A stretch of 32,366 nt of DNA from NCBI GenBank assembly GCA_964356075.1, contig CAYHGC010000002.1:1-32366 (forward strand), given 5' to 3'. This document shows positions 16,524-24,518 of this stretch, piece after piece. The translations under genes were made by a program, and so were the position numbers. The DNA comes from an uncultured archaeon. GTDB taxonomy: Archaea; Iainarchaeota; Iainarchaeia; Iainarchaeales; VGJJ01. Each line of letters begins with the position of its first letter. The stretch's first letter is position 1. The notes below the pieces were generated by a model. It did no database searches and was not told where the DNA came from. It saw nothing but the letters and a program-made list of their open reading frames with translations.

Positions 16524-16771
16524 TCCAGAAGAACGAATGCCCCGTATTTAATGATTGGGGCGATTTAGGGGATTGTTTTTGGCGTTTTTTTCGCCCTTCG
16601 TTCATCGCCTTCTTTTGTCTGTTTCTTAATTTTTTTTACGTTTATGACCGAACTTTGGGTTGTTTTCAAACGTTTTTCTTTTAAACGCTTGATGGCAAGA
16701 GATTGTCAATTCGAGGACTTTTGGAAAGCAATTTCCAGGAAGAATCGGGACACGAGGAGGTGTCTTTCAAT

Positions 16772-17119
16772 ATGGACATGCAAAAGATTGGATCTTGGGC
16801 ATTCATTATTGGTGTCGTTATCGCCATCATTGCCGGGATTTTAGGATCAGCCGCATTGGGCGGAGTCGGACCGTGGATCCCTTTGATCTTTGTGATCTTA
16901 GGAATTTTGATCGGAGTCCTGAACGTCACGGATAAAGAAATTACGACCTTCTTGGTCGCCGTTATCGCACTTTTAGCTGCGGGCGGAGTAAATTGGGCAT
17001 TGATCCCCTACGTCGGAGCCATGTTGGGCAGTATTTTTGCCTACATCTCCGCTTTGATGGCGCCTGCCGCCATTATTGTGGGAATTAAAGCCGTCTGGAA
17101 TTTAGCCAGCAACAAATAA
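16772..17119 (+). CDS. small integral membrane protein (about 115 aa, 3-4 TM helices)
   Basis: MDMQKIGSWAFIIGVVIAIIAGILGSAALGG...IPLIFVILGILIGVL...FLVAVIALLAAGG...AYISALMAPAAIIVGI. ATG 16772 lies 11 nt after GGAGG (16756-16760). The ORF-track start at 16703 is a TTG. Confidence 0.75.
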   Translation: MDMQKIGSWAFIIGVVIAIIAGILGSAALGGVGPWIPLIFVILGILIGVLNVTDKEITTFLVAVIALLAAGGVNWALIPYVGAMLGSIFAYISALMAPAAIIVGIKAVWNLASNK

Positions 17120-17135
17120 CATTCCCAAAGAAGGA

Positions 17136-17169
17136 GGGTGGGAAACCACCCCCCTTTTTTCTCTTTTTT
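17136..17169 (+). terminator. Intrinsic-terminator-like hairpin plus T runs
   Basis: GGGTGG-GAAA-CCACCC (17136-17151) is followed by T6 (17155-17160) and T6 (17164-17169). It lies 17 nt after the membrane-protein stop. Confidence 0.6.
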
Positions 17170-17277
17170 CGGTATCTGCCTTTTTTTGATGGAGTTTTCT
17201 CGTTAAAGTGTCTTTTTTTAAGTTCAATAGTACCCCTTTACTTCTATTACTAAACATAATTTCTCGGAGGGTTGAGA

Positions 17278-18423
17278 ATGAAGGTTGGAAGCTTTTTAGT
17301 GGCCTTACTTATTGTGGGATTTTCCATGCACGGTGTTTTTGCGCAGGAAGTCTCAGTTGAAACAAATGACGGTGGAACATCGGACGCGATCAGCGCGAGC
17401 CCCGAATCCATCGATGTTCCTTCAGAGGAACCAATTAGCGATGAATCGGAAACGGTAGTCGTTGAACCCGTTCCCGATGCCCCCATTGTAGAGGGTGAAA
17501 TCGGACCTGTTGAGGTTGAACCTATCGAACCGGTTCCGCCTGTTGATCCCCCGGTGATTGTAGTCGACCCCCCGGTTGACTCCCCGATTGAAGGACCTGT
17601 TCTCGAAGGGAATGAAATTCCTCCCGTCGAAAAATGCCCGCTTGAAATCGACGGAACGCAAACGGATTGCGATGACGAACCTGTTACTCCCATTCCGGGA
17701 CCGAGCGTAGACACGGGAAAAGAAACCCCGGTTGATAAGTGCTCGATCCAATTGGATGGAACCGTTAATCCGGAGTGTGACGACAATAACGATGATCCCA
17801 TCACGCCGATTCCAGGACCTTCGACCGGTACCGGAAAAGAAACTCCGGTTGAAAAATGCGGAATCCAAATCGATGGAACAGAAATTGATTGCGACGACGA
17901 AGACGACGATCCTATCACCCCGATCCCCGGTCCGATTGTGAGCGAAGGAAAGGATGTTCCGATCGACAAGTGCGCCGAAGCGGAAATTGTCATGAAAGCC
18001 TCACTCAAGGACTGCGATGAAACGCCGCCCGGTGATGATGATGACGGAGACAATGACGACACGACTCCGACGGACGACACGGGAGATGTGCCTTCCACCA
18101 ACGCCAATCCTGAAGAGGAAACATCCGGCGGAGGAAGTTATTTCTTCAGCTCGTGGAATCAGCCCAGTGTCTTCAGCACGACCCCTGCGCCTACTCCTGC
18201 TCCTGCACCCGCAAGTGAAGGAACAGGATCCGGAAGCAATGGTGGAACCGTTGAAACGGCGCCTACGGTCGTGGAAGGAACGACTGCACTCGTTGCCGAC
18301 ACCACTCCTGAAGCTCCCGCGACGTCGACGGGATTAATTACTGGAGCCAACGCGCCCCTGCTCGGATTGCTCGCCCTCTTAGTGATTGGGGGAGCGCTCT
18401 ACGTGCGATCGCGCAAAGTGTAG
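17278..18423 (+). CDS. secreted, highly acidic Cys-pair-repeat surface protein with Thr/Pro linker and C-terminal TM anchor
   Basis: Signal peptide MKVGSFLVALLIVGFSMHGVFA|QE. A P/V/E-rich segment is followed by 3.5 repeats of K-C-x10-13-C-D-[DE]...PITPIPGP. Then come a TTPAPTPAPAPAS linker and a C-terminal hydrophobic helix plus RSRKV. ATG 17278 lies 7 nt after GGAGG. Confidence 0.8.
   Translation: MKVGSFLVALLIVGFSMHGVFAQEVSVETNDGGTSDAISASPESIDVPSEEPISDESETVVVEPVPDAPIVEGEIGPVEVEPIEPVPPVDPPVIVVDPPVDSPIEGPVLEGNEIPPVEKCPLEIDGTQTDCDDEPVTPIPGPSVDTGKETPVDKCSIQLDGTVNPECDDNNDDPITPIPGPSTGTGKETPVEKCGIQIDGTEIDCDDEDDDPITPIPGPIVSEGKDVPIDKCAEAEIVMKASLKDCDETPPGDDDDGDNDDTTPTDDTGDVPSTNANPEEETSGGGSYFFSSWNQPSVFSTTPAPTPAPAPASEGTGSGSNGGTVETAPTVVEGTTALVADTTPEAPATSTGLITGANAPLLGLLALLVIGGALYVRSRKV
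17617..18021 (+). repeat. In-frame tandem coding repeats (about 39 aa / 117 nt, 3.5 copies)
   Basis: The repeat units are IPPVEKCPLEIDGTQTDCDDEPVTPIPGPSVDTGKE, then TPVDKCSIQLDGTVNPECDDNNDDPITPIPGPSTGTGKE, then TPVEKCGIQIDGTEIDCDDEDDDPITPIPGPIVSEGKD, then VPIDKCAEAEIVMKASLKDCDE. Confidence 0.85.
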
Positions 18424-18437
18424 TTGAATCATTAAAC

Positions 18438-18482
18438 GGGGAGTGAGGGAACGAATTCCCTCATTTCCCCTTTCTCTTTTTT
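18438..18482 (+). terminator. Long hairpin plus T-rich tract after the acidic surface-protein gene
   Basis: A 14-bp stem spans 18438-18469, with inner GAGGGAA-CGAA-TTCCCTC and an outer GGGGAGT/ATTTCCC that includes G.U pairs. TTTCTCTTTTTT follows. Confidence 0.6.
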
Positions 18483-18552
18483 CATTTCGACATTCGCTCG
18501 TTTTCTCAAAGGGAAGCGGTTTTTATTCTCAAACACGATTAATCCGCCTCGT

Positions 18553-19878
18553 ATGACCAGCCCGGAAGACGTGGACGAAATAAATGAGTACCTCCAGGCT
18601 CGGAGAAAAAAGCAAGACTTGGGAGAGTTGCCCAAACCGGATAGTACGCCGGGATTTGTCAAGAAATTAAGCTCCGCTATTTTTGGTCCGCCTAAACTGC
18701 TGAAGGTTCCACTCAACAGTACACAAGCAACCAATGCAAGCCCGCAAGCACAGGATGCGGTGCGCAAACAATTGGCTGAAATCATGAGCGAAAAAGGACG
18801 TATACCTAACGTATCGCGACCCGGCTCATCCAATGGTTCACCGTCTCCTCAACCGGCTGCACGATCCCTTTCGACGATTCCATCGACTGCTACCATTGCA
18901 TCGGCTCCCGTTTCTCGTTTTCCGCAAGGAGATGTTTGGAAAAACAGTGCAGCCAAACCTGCGCTTATTCCCCCATCATTTTCATCGAATGTGATCAAAG
19001 CAACCCCTGCATCTTCCTCAACGTCACCCATCAAAGTGTCAGCGTACATTCCTCCCACTTCTCGCGCGACGAGTGCAACTTCTTCTAAATCTGATTTTGC
19101 GATTCGCTCAATCATGGGAGGGGCATCCGCGTCATCACAATCTTCCTCTTCATCTTCTCCCACTCCAACCTATTCACGCGAAACCGCGCGATACATGCCG
19201 CCGTGGGTGGCACGCGAACAGAAAACAAATCCACTTGCACCGCGCGTCACGCCGCCGATGTCAATGCGTGAAAATGAAAATACGCGCGAGAGAGAAAATA
19301 CAACTCCTCAAACATCATTCCGCGCACCGTTTACAAAACCATTTGCTCCTCTGATGCGAGAAACGATTGTTCCGTCCATCGCACGCGAAGATGCGCCGAA
19401 TCCGGCGGAGAAAAATGATTCATCTCGTCATTCCTTTCAGTCGGGCGAAGTTACTCTGGATGATTCCATTTCATCGGAAGCGAAACGCAAACCAATTGGA
19501 GAACCATTTGCCACTCCTCCACCCTCCGCGCATCCGTCTCACGCCGCTCATTCGTCCGAAATGGACCGTGAGATGACGGAAGAAGAAGCCCTACAAAAAC
19601 TCCCCTTTGAAGATGTCGAAGGATTGTCCGCAGACGACTTGGCGTATTTGGAACGAAAAGAAAAGGAACATCGCGCGGCACAAGAAAAGGAAGAATCCGA
19701 CCATGTTTCTCCGGAAGCCTTGCGGGCCCAGCTGGACCGACAATCGCATCCTTCCGCCGCTACTGGCGGATCAGCTCCTCAAAATGCCCAAGATTCGGGA
19801 AATGACGAAAAGAAGAAGATTTTAGAGCGTTTACGACACATGATGGCGGCCGAGAATACCCCGAACGCCGATAATTAA
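18553..19878 (+). CDS. Ser/Pro/Ala/Thr-rich low-complexity (probably disordered) protein, 441 aa
   Basis: 1326-nt ORF with no signal peptide and no TM helix. It has long S/P/A/T tracts and an acidic, helical-looking C-terminal region (EEEALQKLPFEDVEGLSADDLAYLERKEKEHRAAQEKEE). TATA-like TTTTTATT (18520-18527) lies about 29 nt before the ATG. Confidence 0.6.
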   Translation: MTSPEDVDEINEYLQARRKKQDLGELPKPDSTPGFVKKLSSAIFGPPKLLKVPLNSTQATNASPQAQDAVRKQLAEIMSEKGRIPNVSRPGSSNGSPSPQPAARSLSTIPSTATIASAPVSRFPQGDVWKNSAAKPALIPPSFSSNVIKATPASSSTSPIKVSAYIPPTSRATSATSSKSDFAIRSIMGGASASSQSSSSSSPTPTYSRETARYMPPWVAREQKTNPLAPRVTPPMSMRENENTRERENTTPQTSFRAPFTKPFAPLMRETIVPSIAREDAPNPAEKNDSSRHSFQSGEVTLDDSISSEAKRKPIGEPFATPPPSAHPSHAAHSSEMDREMTEEEALQKLPFEDVEGLSADDLAYLERKEKEHRAAQEKEESDHVSPEALRAQLDRQSHPSAATGGSAPQNAQDSGNDEKKKILERLRHMMAAENTPNADN

Positions 19879-19934
19879 CTCATTAACGGGTAAAAGTAAT
19901 AGATTTAAAGGGTTGGAGGGGGCTAATCCTATGT

Positions 19935-21971
19935 ATGGTCGCATTTCGATATATTCTCCTGAGCCTCTTGATGGTTATCGCCTTGCCGTTGGCCCACGCG
20001 GCCGCGTCATGTAACGACCTCGACTTATCCCCTCTCGAAGTGACGCTCAAAGAGGACACGGATGGGAAGACCCTTTCGTTTGACTTTGAAAACAACGCTA
20101 CCGACGATTTTGAAATCGACGACGTGAAGGTTTCGGAGTCCAGCCCCTACTTCAATTTGACCGTGAAACAAATCCCTGATTTTGTCGATGAAGACGATGA
20201 AGTCTCGATCAAAATAGAATATGAAACTGTGGATTTGAACGCGGATAAATTTGATTCGTTCAACATTCAAGTGAAAGGAGAATTTGACGACGGAACGGAT
20301 TGTTCATTCTCGAACGTTTCATTCACGGTTGACGTGACGATTGAATCCACGGCCGACATGTGTGCATTAATCGAACCTACTTCTTCCGATGTTTCATTAG
20401 CCGAAAACTCTTCAATCTCGCACACCATTTCAGTAAGCAACCCCACGAATCAGGATTTCACCTTAACCGGATTTAATATTTTTGATGATTCATCCGCATT
20501 TAACGTGAAACTCGATCCGAGTTTTTCCAATTCCAACTTTGAAAAAACCATTCCAGCGAACACGACTCTCACCTACACGGTTGAAGTCAACTCGAACAAC
20601 GTCGATGGCGATCAAACCGACACGGCGTTCGTTGAAATCCGAGGAGAATTTGAAGATCAGAACGATTGTTCATTCACGGACATTTCAACTGAGTTTGATG
20701 TGAGTGTGGAAGAGGCCGGAACCAACAACGTCGTGTGTTCCGAAATCACCACCAGCATTCCGTTGGTGGAAGTCAACGCCAACGAGCCGACGCAATATTC
20801 TATTACACTCACCAACAAAGGCGACCAATCCTTCACGGTGGACGAATACACGATTACGGATCAAAACTACCAAGTGGAATTCCAACCCTTGTTTACACCA
20901 GACCAAATTGAAAACGGTACAAGTGAAAACTTAACATTCAACGCCATTGGATACGCGAATCCCCAATCGTTTGACGGAAACGCATTCCTCAATCTGAAAG
21001 GACACTTCACCAACGGGGGAACGTGTTTCATCAACGCTAAGAAATTCAACTACCATTTTACGGGAACGCAGGGAGCCACCTGCGGAGAATTCTATTCCAG
21101 CTTAGCGAACGTGGACGTGTTGAAAGGAACGACCCAAGAAACGGTGTTGTTCAACAACCCCCTCTCCCAAGCTGCGACGATTACCTTATCCATGACCAAT
21201 GGAAACGTCACCCCTAACAAAATTGTGATTCCCGCCGACTCGGCGAAATCATACACACTATATTTCTCGGACATCTCTCAAGACGGCATTTTATTGGTCA
21301 ACACGATCATTCCAGGTTGTACCATTCCGCAGAAACAAACCACCATTTTGTTCTCGGGATTGGAAAACGCTCCGGTGCAGCTGAAGAATCCTCCGTTCTC
21401 CATCGTGGTCGGATTGTCGAACGAATTTGCATTGCACGTGGAAAATCAATCCGCATTTACGCAAGAAGCGATTATTACGATTATCACGAAGCCGGACAAT
21501 CACTCGTTTTCAAAAACAATTTCCATTACGGGATTGGATGATCCTTTGATTTTCTTCCCCATGAGTCTCATCGCGGGAAAAGACGAAGCGATTGTTCAAG
21601 TCAAATCCGCGGGATACATTGTGTCGCACACGATTCACATTATCAATCCAGTCATTGTGGTTCCGCAGCCGGTTGAAAACCAAGGCGGGGTCATCACTAC
21701 CATCACGGGATTCTTCCTCATCGGAAATGGATTTTGGTTGGGATTGCTGATCGTTTTACTTTTACTTGCGCTTTGGTTAGTGGCACAAAAGAATGAAAAA
21801 ATTCAAGCGTTCATGATTCCGGTGAAACCGTCAACCAAATCCACGACGCTTGAAACAAAGTCCACTACAACCACTACGATTACCAAAACGCCCGCTCAGC
21901 CGGACTTAGAACTTCCTGAAGAACCCTGGATGAACCCTGCCAAGACGCTTGGGGAAGACTACCCTAAATAA
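19935..21971 (+). CDS. large type-I membrane surface protein with four Cys-bracketed beta-sandwich-like (CARDB/S-layer-like) repeats
   Basis: Signal peptide MVAFRYILLSLLMVIALPLAHA. Four modules of about 100 aa are bounded by Cys pairs C26/C123, C143/C245, C268/C364 and C383/C462. Each ends in a recurring motif: KGEFDDGTDCSF, RGEFEDQNDCSF, KGHFTNGGTCF. ITLTNKGDQSFTVDEY resembles CARDB. A TM helix lies at about aa 587-617, followed by a Thr-rich tail. Confidence 0.8.
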   Translation: MVAFRYILLSLLMVIALPLAHAAASCNDLDLSPLEVTLKEDTDGKTLSFDFENNATDDFEIDDVKVSESSPYFNLTVKQIPDFVDEDDEVSIKIEYETVDLNADKFDSFNIQVKGEFDDGTDCSFSNVSFTVDVTIESTADMCALIEPTSSDVSLAENSSISHTISVSNPTNQDFTLTGFNIFDDSSAFNVKLDPSFSNSNFEKTIPANTTLTYTVEVNSNNVDGDQTDTAFVEIRGEFEDQNDCSFTDISTEFDVSVEEAGTNNVVCSEITTSIPLVEVNANEPTQYSITLTNKGDQSFTVDEYTITDQNYQVEFQPLFTPDQIENGTSENLTFNAIGYANPQSFDGNAFLNLKGHFTNGGTCFINAKKFNYHFTGTQGATCGEFYSSLANVDVLKGTTQETVLFNNPLSQAATITLSMTNGNVTPNKIVIPADSAKSYTLYFSDISQDGILLVNTIIPGCTIPQKQTTILFSGLENAPVQLKNPPFSIVVGLSNEFALHVENQSAFTQEAIITIITKPDNHSFSKTISITGLDDPLIFFPMSLIAGKDEAIVQVKSAGYIVSHTIHIINPVIVVPQPVENQGGVITTITGFFLIGNGFWLGLLIVLLLLALWLVAQKNEKIQAFMIPVKPSTKSTTLETKSTTTTTITKTPAQPDLELPEEPWMNPAKTLGEDYPK

Positions 21972-22025
21972 TCCGGGCGTATTGATCTATTCTGTGGTGT
22001 TTATCGCACCCTTCTTGACGGTTGC

Positions 22026-22033
22026 TTTATATA
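22026..22033 (+). promoter_or_regulatory. Consensus archaeal TATA box (TTTATATA) about 240 nt upstream of rpl3
   Basis: A perfect TTTATATA. No credible ORF lies between it and rpl3. Confidence 0.5.
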
Positions 22034-22081
22034 CGTTTCTCGGGGAGAAATGGTGAGAATGAGGTAGACTGCTGACCCGAA

Positions 22082-22243
22082 AAGGTTTTGATGAACCTTC
22101 ATCAGAAACAGTGTTTCTGATGCCAGCAAACCAATGGTTTGCTAGGTTCTGAAAAGGTTCAGTAAATGCCCCGAAAAGTCCTCTTTTTGGTGCAGTTCGG
22201 CCTTTTAGGAAAAGGCCGGCGAAAAATAAACTACCTCGTTTTT
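22082..22243 (+). ncRNA. Hairpin-rich rpl3-operon leader or independent small RNA (candidate)
   Basis: Five stem-loops: 22082-22099, 22100-22122 (10 bp perfect), 22125-22143 (8 bp perfect), 22149-22162 and 22198-22218 (9 bp perfect). A T5 run follows at 22239-22243. It contains the UGAUGA...CUGA module shared with the rpl30e leader. Confidence 0.4.
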
Positions 22244-22269
22244 GAGCCAAAACCAGGGATGATACAAAA

Positions 22270-23316
22270 ATGACCCGCGCACGCCACAACCCTCGTCGAG
22301 GAAGTACGGCGTATCGTCACCGCTCGCGCGCCGCGAAACAAACGCCGAGCTTTAACTCCTTTCCCGAAATGAAAGGACCTTCTAAACCCTTGAACTTTTA
22401 CGGATACAAAGTGGGAATGATTCACGTCATTGCACAGTCTCTCCACCAGGGCGGACGACAAGACAAACAAGACATTCAAATCCCCACTACCGTTATCGAA
22501 TGCCCGCCCATCCATGTATATGGAGTCCGAGCCTATACGAAAGACGCGTATGGTTTGAAAGTCATGGGCGAAGTCACGGTGGATAAACTCGAAAAGTCCG
22601 CCATGAAACGTGTGCCTTCATTCAAAAAGAAATCAACGCACAAAAAACATCCTCATTCTGAAAAAACAAATCAAACCAAAACAACCGCAACAAAGATTGA
22701 AGATTTTGAAGCGAAGAAAGAACAAATTCACGCGATTCGCTTATTGATTCACACCCACCCGGAGAAAACCGCGTTCGGTAAAAAGAAAGCCGAGATGGCC
22801 GAACTCGCATTATCGGGAACCGTAGAAGAACAATTAACGTTTGCCAAAACCAAACTCGGACAAAACTTATCCGTGAAAGAAGTGTTTAAAGAAAATCAAA
22901 TCGTCGACACGAAAGCCGTCACACGCGGATTCGGATTCGGGGGAGTGATTGCGCGATACGGAGTCAAGACATTTCGACCCAAAGCAAAATACATTCGTGC
23001 GGTTGGATCCATTTCACCCTTGCGACCGGGAACGGTTCAATTTTCGGTTCCGCGACCCGGACAACTCGGATACCACAATCGTACCGAATTCAACAAAACG
23101 GTTTTGAAAGTAGAAACCGATGCCAAAAAGATTAATCCCAAAGCCGGATTCGAACATTACGGACCAGTGCAGAATGAATACGTATTGATCGCCGGAAGTG
23201 TCGGCGGACCCGTTAAACGATTAATCGGATTGCGCGAATGCATTCGACCGGATCAAACCAACCACTACAAAATCGGACCCGTTAAATTTGTCTCCACGAC
23301 AGGAAGTGCATTATAA
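22270..23316 (+). CDS. rpl3: 50S ribosomal protein L3 (uL3)
   Basis: 348 aa. MTRARHNPRRGSTAYRHRSRA, FGFGGVIARYGV, GQLGYHNRTEFNK. It contains a K/T-rich insertion (KKKSTHKKHPHSEKTNQTKTTATK). Confidence 0.96.
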   Translation: MTRARHNPRRGSTAYRHRSRAAKQTPSFNSFPEMKGPSKPLNFYGYKVGMIHVIAQSLHQGGRQDKQDIQIPTTVIECPPIHVYGVRAYTKDAYGLKVMGEVTVDKLEKSAMKRVPSFKKKSTHKKHPHSEKTNQTKTTATKIEDFEAKKEQIHAIRLLIHTHPEKTAFGKKKAEMAELALSGTVEEQLTFAKTKLGQNLSVKEVFKENQIVDTKAVTRGFGFGGVIARYGVKTFRPKAKYIRAVGSISPLRPGTVQFSVPRPGQLGYHNRTEFNKTVLKVETDAKKINPKAGFEHYGPVQNEYVLIAGSVGGPVKRLIGLRECIRPDQTNHYKIGPVKFVSTTGSAL

Positions 23317-24122
23317 TGCCTGCCATGTTCGGAACGGATGGAAAGAAAGTCAAGGACATCACTTTACCTCCGGTTTTTCACACGGCGTATGATCCTTCCT
23401 TGATCAAGCGCGCCGTGTTAGCGGTACAATCTACACGCGTTCAACCCTTCGGAAACAAACCCGGAGCCGGACGAGCGAACACCGCCGAATACATCGGTGT
23501 CCGCGGAAAACCCACGATGCACAAAACAATCAACGTGGGAAAGGCTCGCTTGCCCCGCTTGCGAAACCGACGCGGAATCTTATACGGAAAAGTGGCATCC
23601 ATTCCCCAAGCCGTGGGCGGACCGCGTGCACACGCTCCTAAAGTGGAACAGCGCCAAGAAGAATACATCAACATCAAAGAACGAAAGAAAGCCATTGCAT
23701 CTGCCATCGCCGCCACATTGAACCCGGTCCTCGTCAAAGCGCGCGGTCATCATTTCGATGAAAAAATGTTCCCGTTGATTGTGGACCATTCCTTTGAAAA
23801 AATGAAGAAGACGCAAGACGTGGTTAAAGCGTTGAACGCCCTCGGACTCGAACGTGACATGCTCAAAGCCAAAGAAGGAAAACGCACGCGCGCAGGAAAG
23901 AACAAAAATCGAGGAAAACCGTTCAAGCAAAAGAAATCCGTTTTGATTGTTACCGACGGAACCAAATCGGTTTACGCCGCGGCTCGAAACTTGCCCGGTG
24001 TTGAAATTGTGCAAGTGCAAAGCTTGAATGCTGAACACTTAGCTCCCGGAACCCACGCCGGAAGACTCACGGTATGGACGGAAGACGCTATTCACGTACT
24101 CGCCAAGCGAGGTGAGCAGTAA
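23316..24122 (+). CDS. rpl4: 50S ribosomal protein L4 (uL4)
   Basis: 268 aa. [26 protein letters not shown] and [16 protein letters not shown] overlap with rpl3. Confidence 0.96.
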   Translation: MPAMFGTDGKKVKDITLPPVFHTAYDPSLIKRAVLAVQSTRVQPFGNKPGAGRANTAEYIGVRGKPTMHKTINVGKARLPRLRNRRGILYGKVASIPQAVGGPRAHAPKVEQRQEEYINIKERKKAIASAIAATLNPVLVKARGHHFDEKMFPLIVDHSFEKMKKTQDVVKALNALGLERDMLKAKEGKRTRAGKNKNRGKPFKQKKSVLIVTDGTKSVYAAARNLPGVEIVQVQSLNAEHLAPGTHAGRLTVWTEDAIHVLAKRGEQ

Positions 24123-24517
24123 TGGCTGAAAAAGCAATGGCTGCGAATGCGCAAGAAGCCCGAATGGAAGAAAAGGCGAAAGCAAAAGCCGCTGAAGTCA
24201 AGGTTGTCGACAAGAAAGAAGAGAAAGCTCCTGCCCGAAAAGGATTCTCGATGGAGCTTGCGGACTTTGGATATTTACAATACCCCTTGATGACAGAAAA
24301 AGCCATCAACTTAATCGAACGCGAAAACAAACTCTCCTTTATCGCCACCGAAAAGGCCACCAAAACCGACATTAAAAAATTGGTTGAGCGTGTATACAAC
24401 GTGAAAGTGGACAAAGTCAATGTCGTGAATGACATGAAGGGACGAAAGAAAGTGACTGTTAAGCTCAACAAGAAATACAAAGCCGAAGAACTCGCGGCCA
24501 AGCTGGGAGTGATCTAG
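24122..24517 (+). CDS. rpl23: 50S ribosomal protein L23 (uL23) with N-terminal A/K/E-rich extension
   Basis: Core [48 protein letters not shown]. An extension of about 45 aa precedes it. TAATG overlap with rpl4. Confidence 0.95.
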   Translation: MAEKAMAANAQEARMEEKAKAKAAEVKVVDKKEEKAPARKGFSMELADFGYLQYPLMTEKAINLIERENKLSFIATEKATKTDIKKLVERVYNVKVDKVNVVNDMKGRKKVTVKLNKKYKAEELAAKLGVI

Positions 24518-24518
24518 C

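Noticed and set aside
16644-16929. 66-aa (+) and 82-aa (-) ORFs around the start of the small membrane-protein gene
   Set aside because: They overlap the promoter or leader and the better-supported membrane-protein frame (SD plus ATG at 16772). They have no features of their own.
17617-18021. Tandem ~117-nt repeats as a possible CRISPR or satellite array
   Set aside because: The repeats are in frame within a long ORF, diverge mostly at synonymous or conservative positions, and have no unique spacers. They are protein-domain repeats.
17250-18107. 285-aa Ser-rich ORF on the - strand, antisense to the acidic surface-protein gene
   Set aside because: It is the mirror image of GAN-rich (Asp/Glu) codons. 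The composition is low-complexity S/G/V, and there is no promoter or SD. The + strand ORF has a signal peptide, repeats and an anchor.
21987-22289. 100-aa - strand ORF covering the rpl3 leader
   Set aside because: It overlaps the rpl3 start and is built from the palindromic hairpins. It has no promoter or SD, and its composition is implausible.
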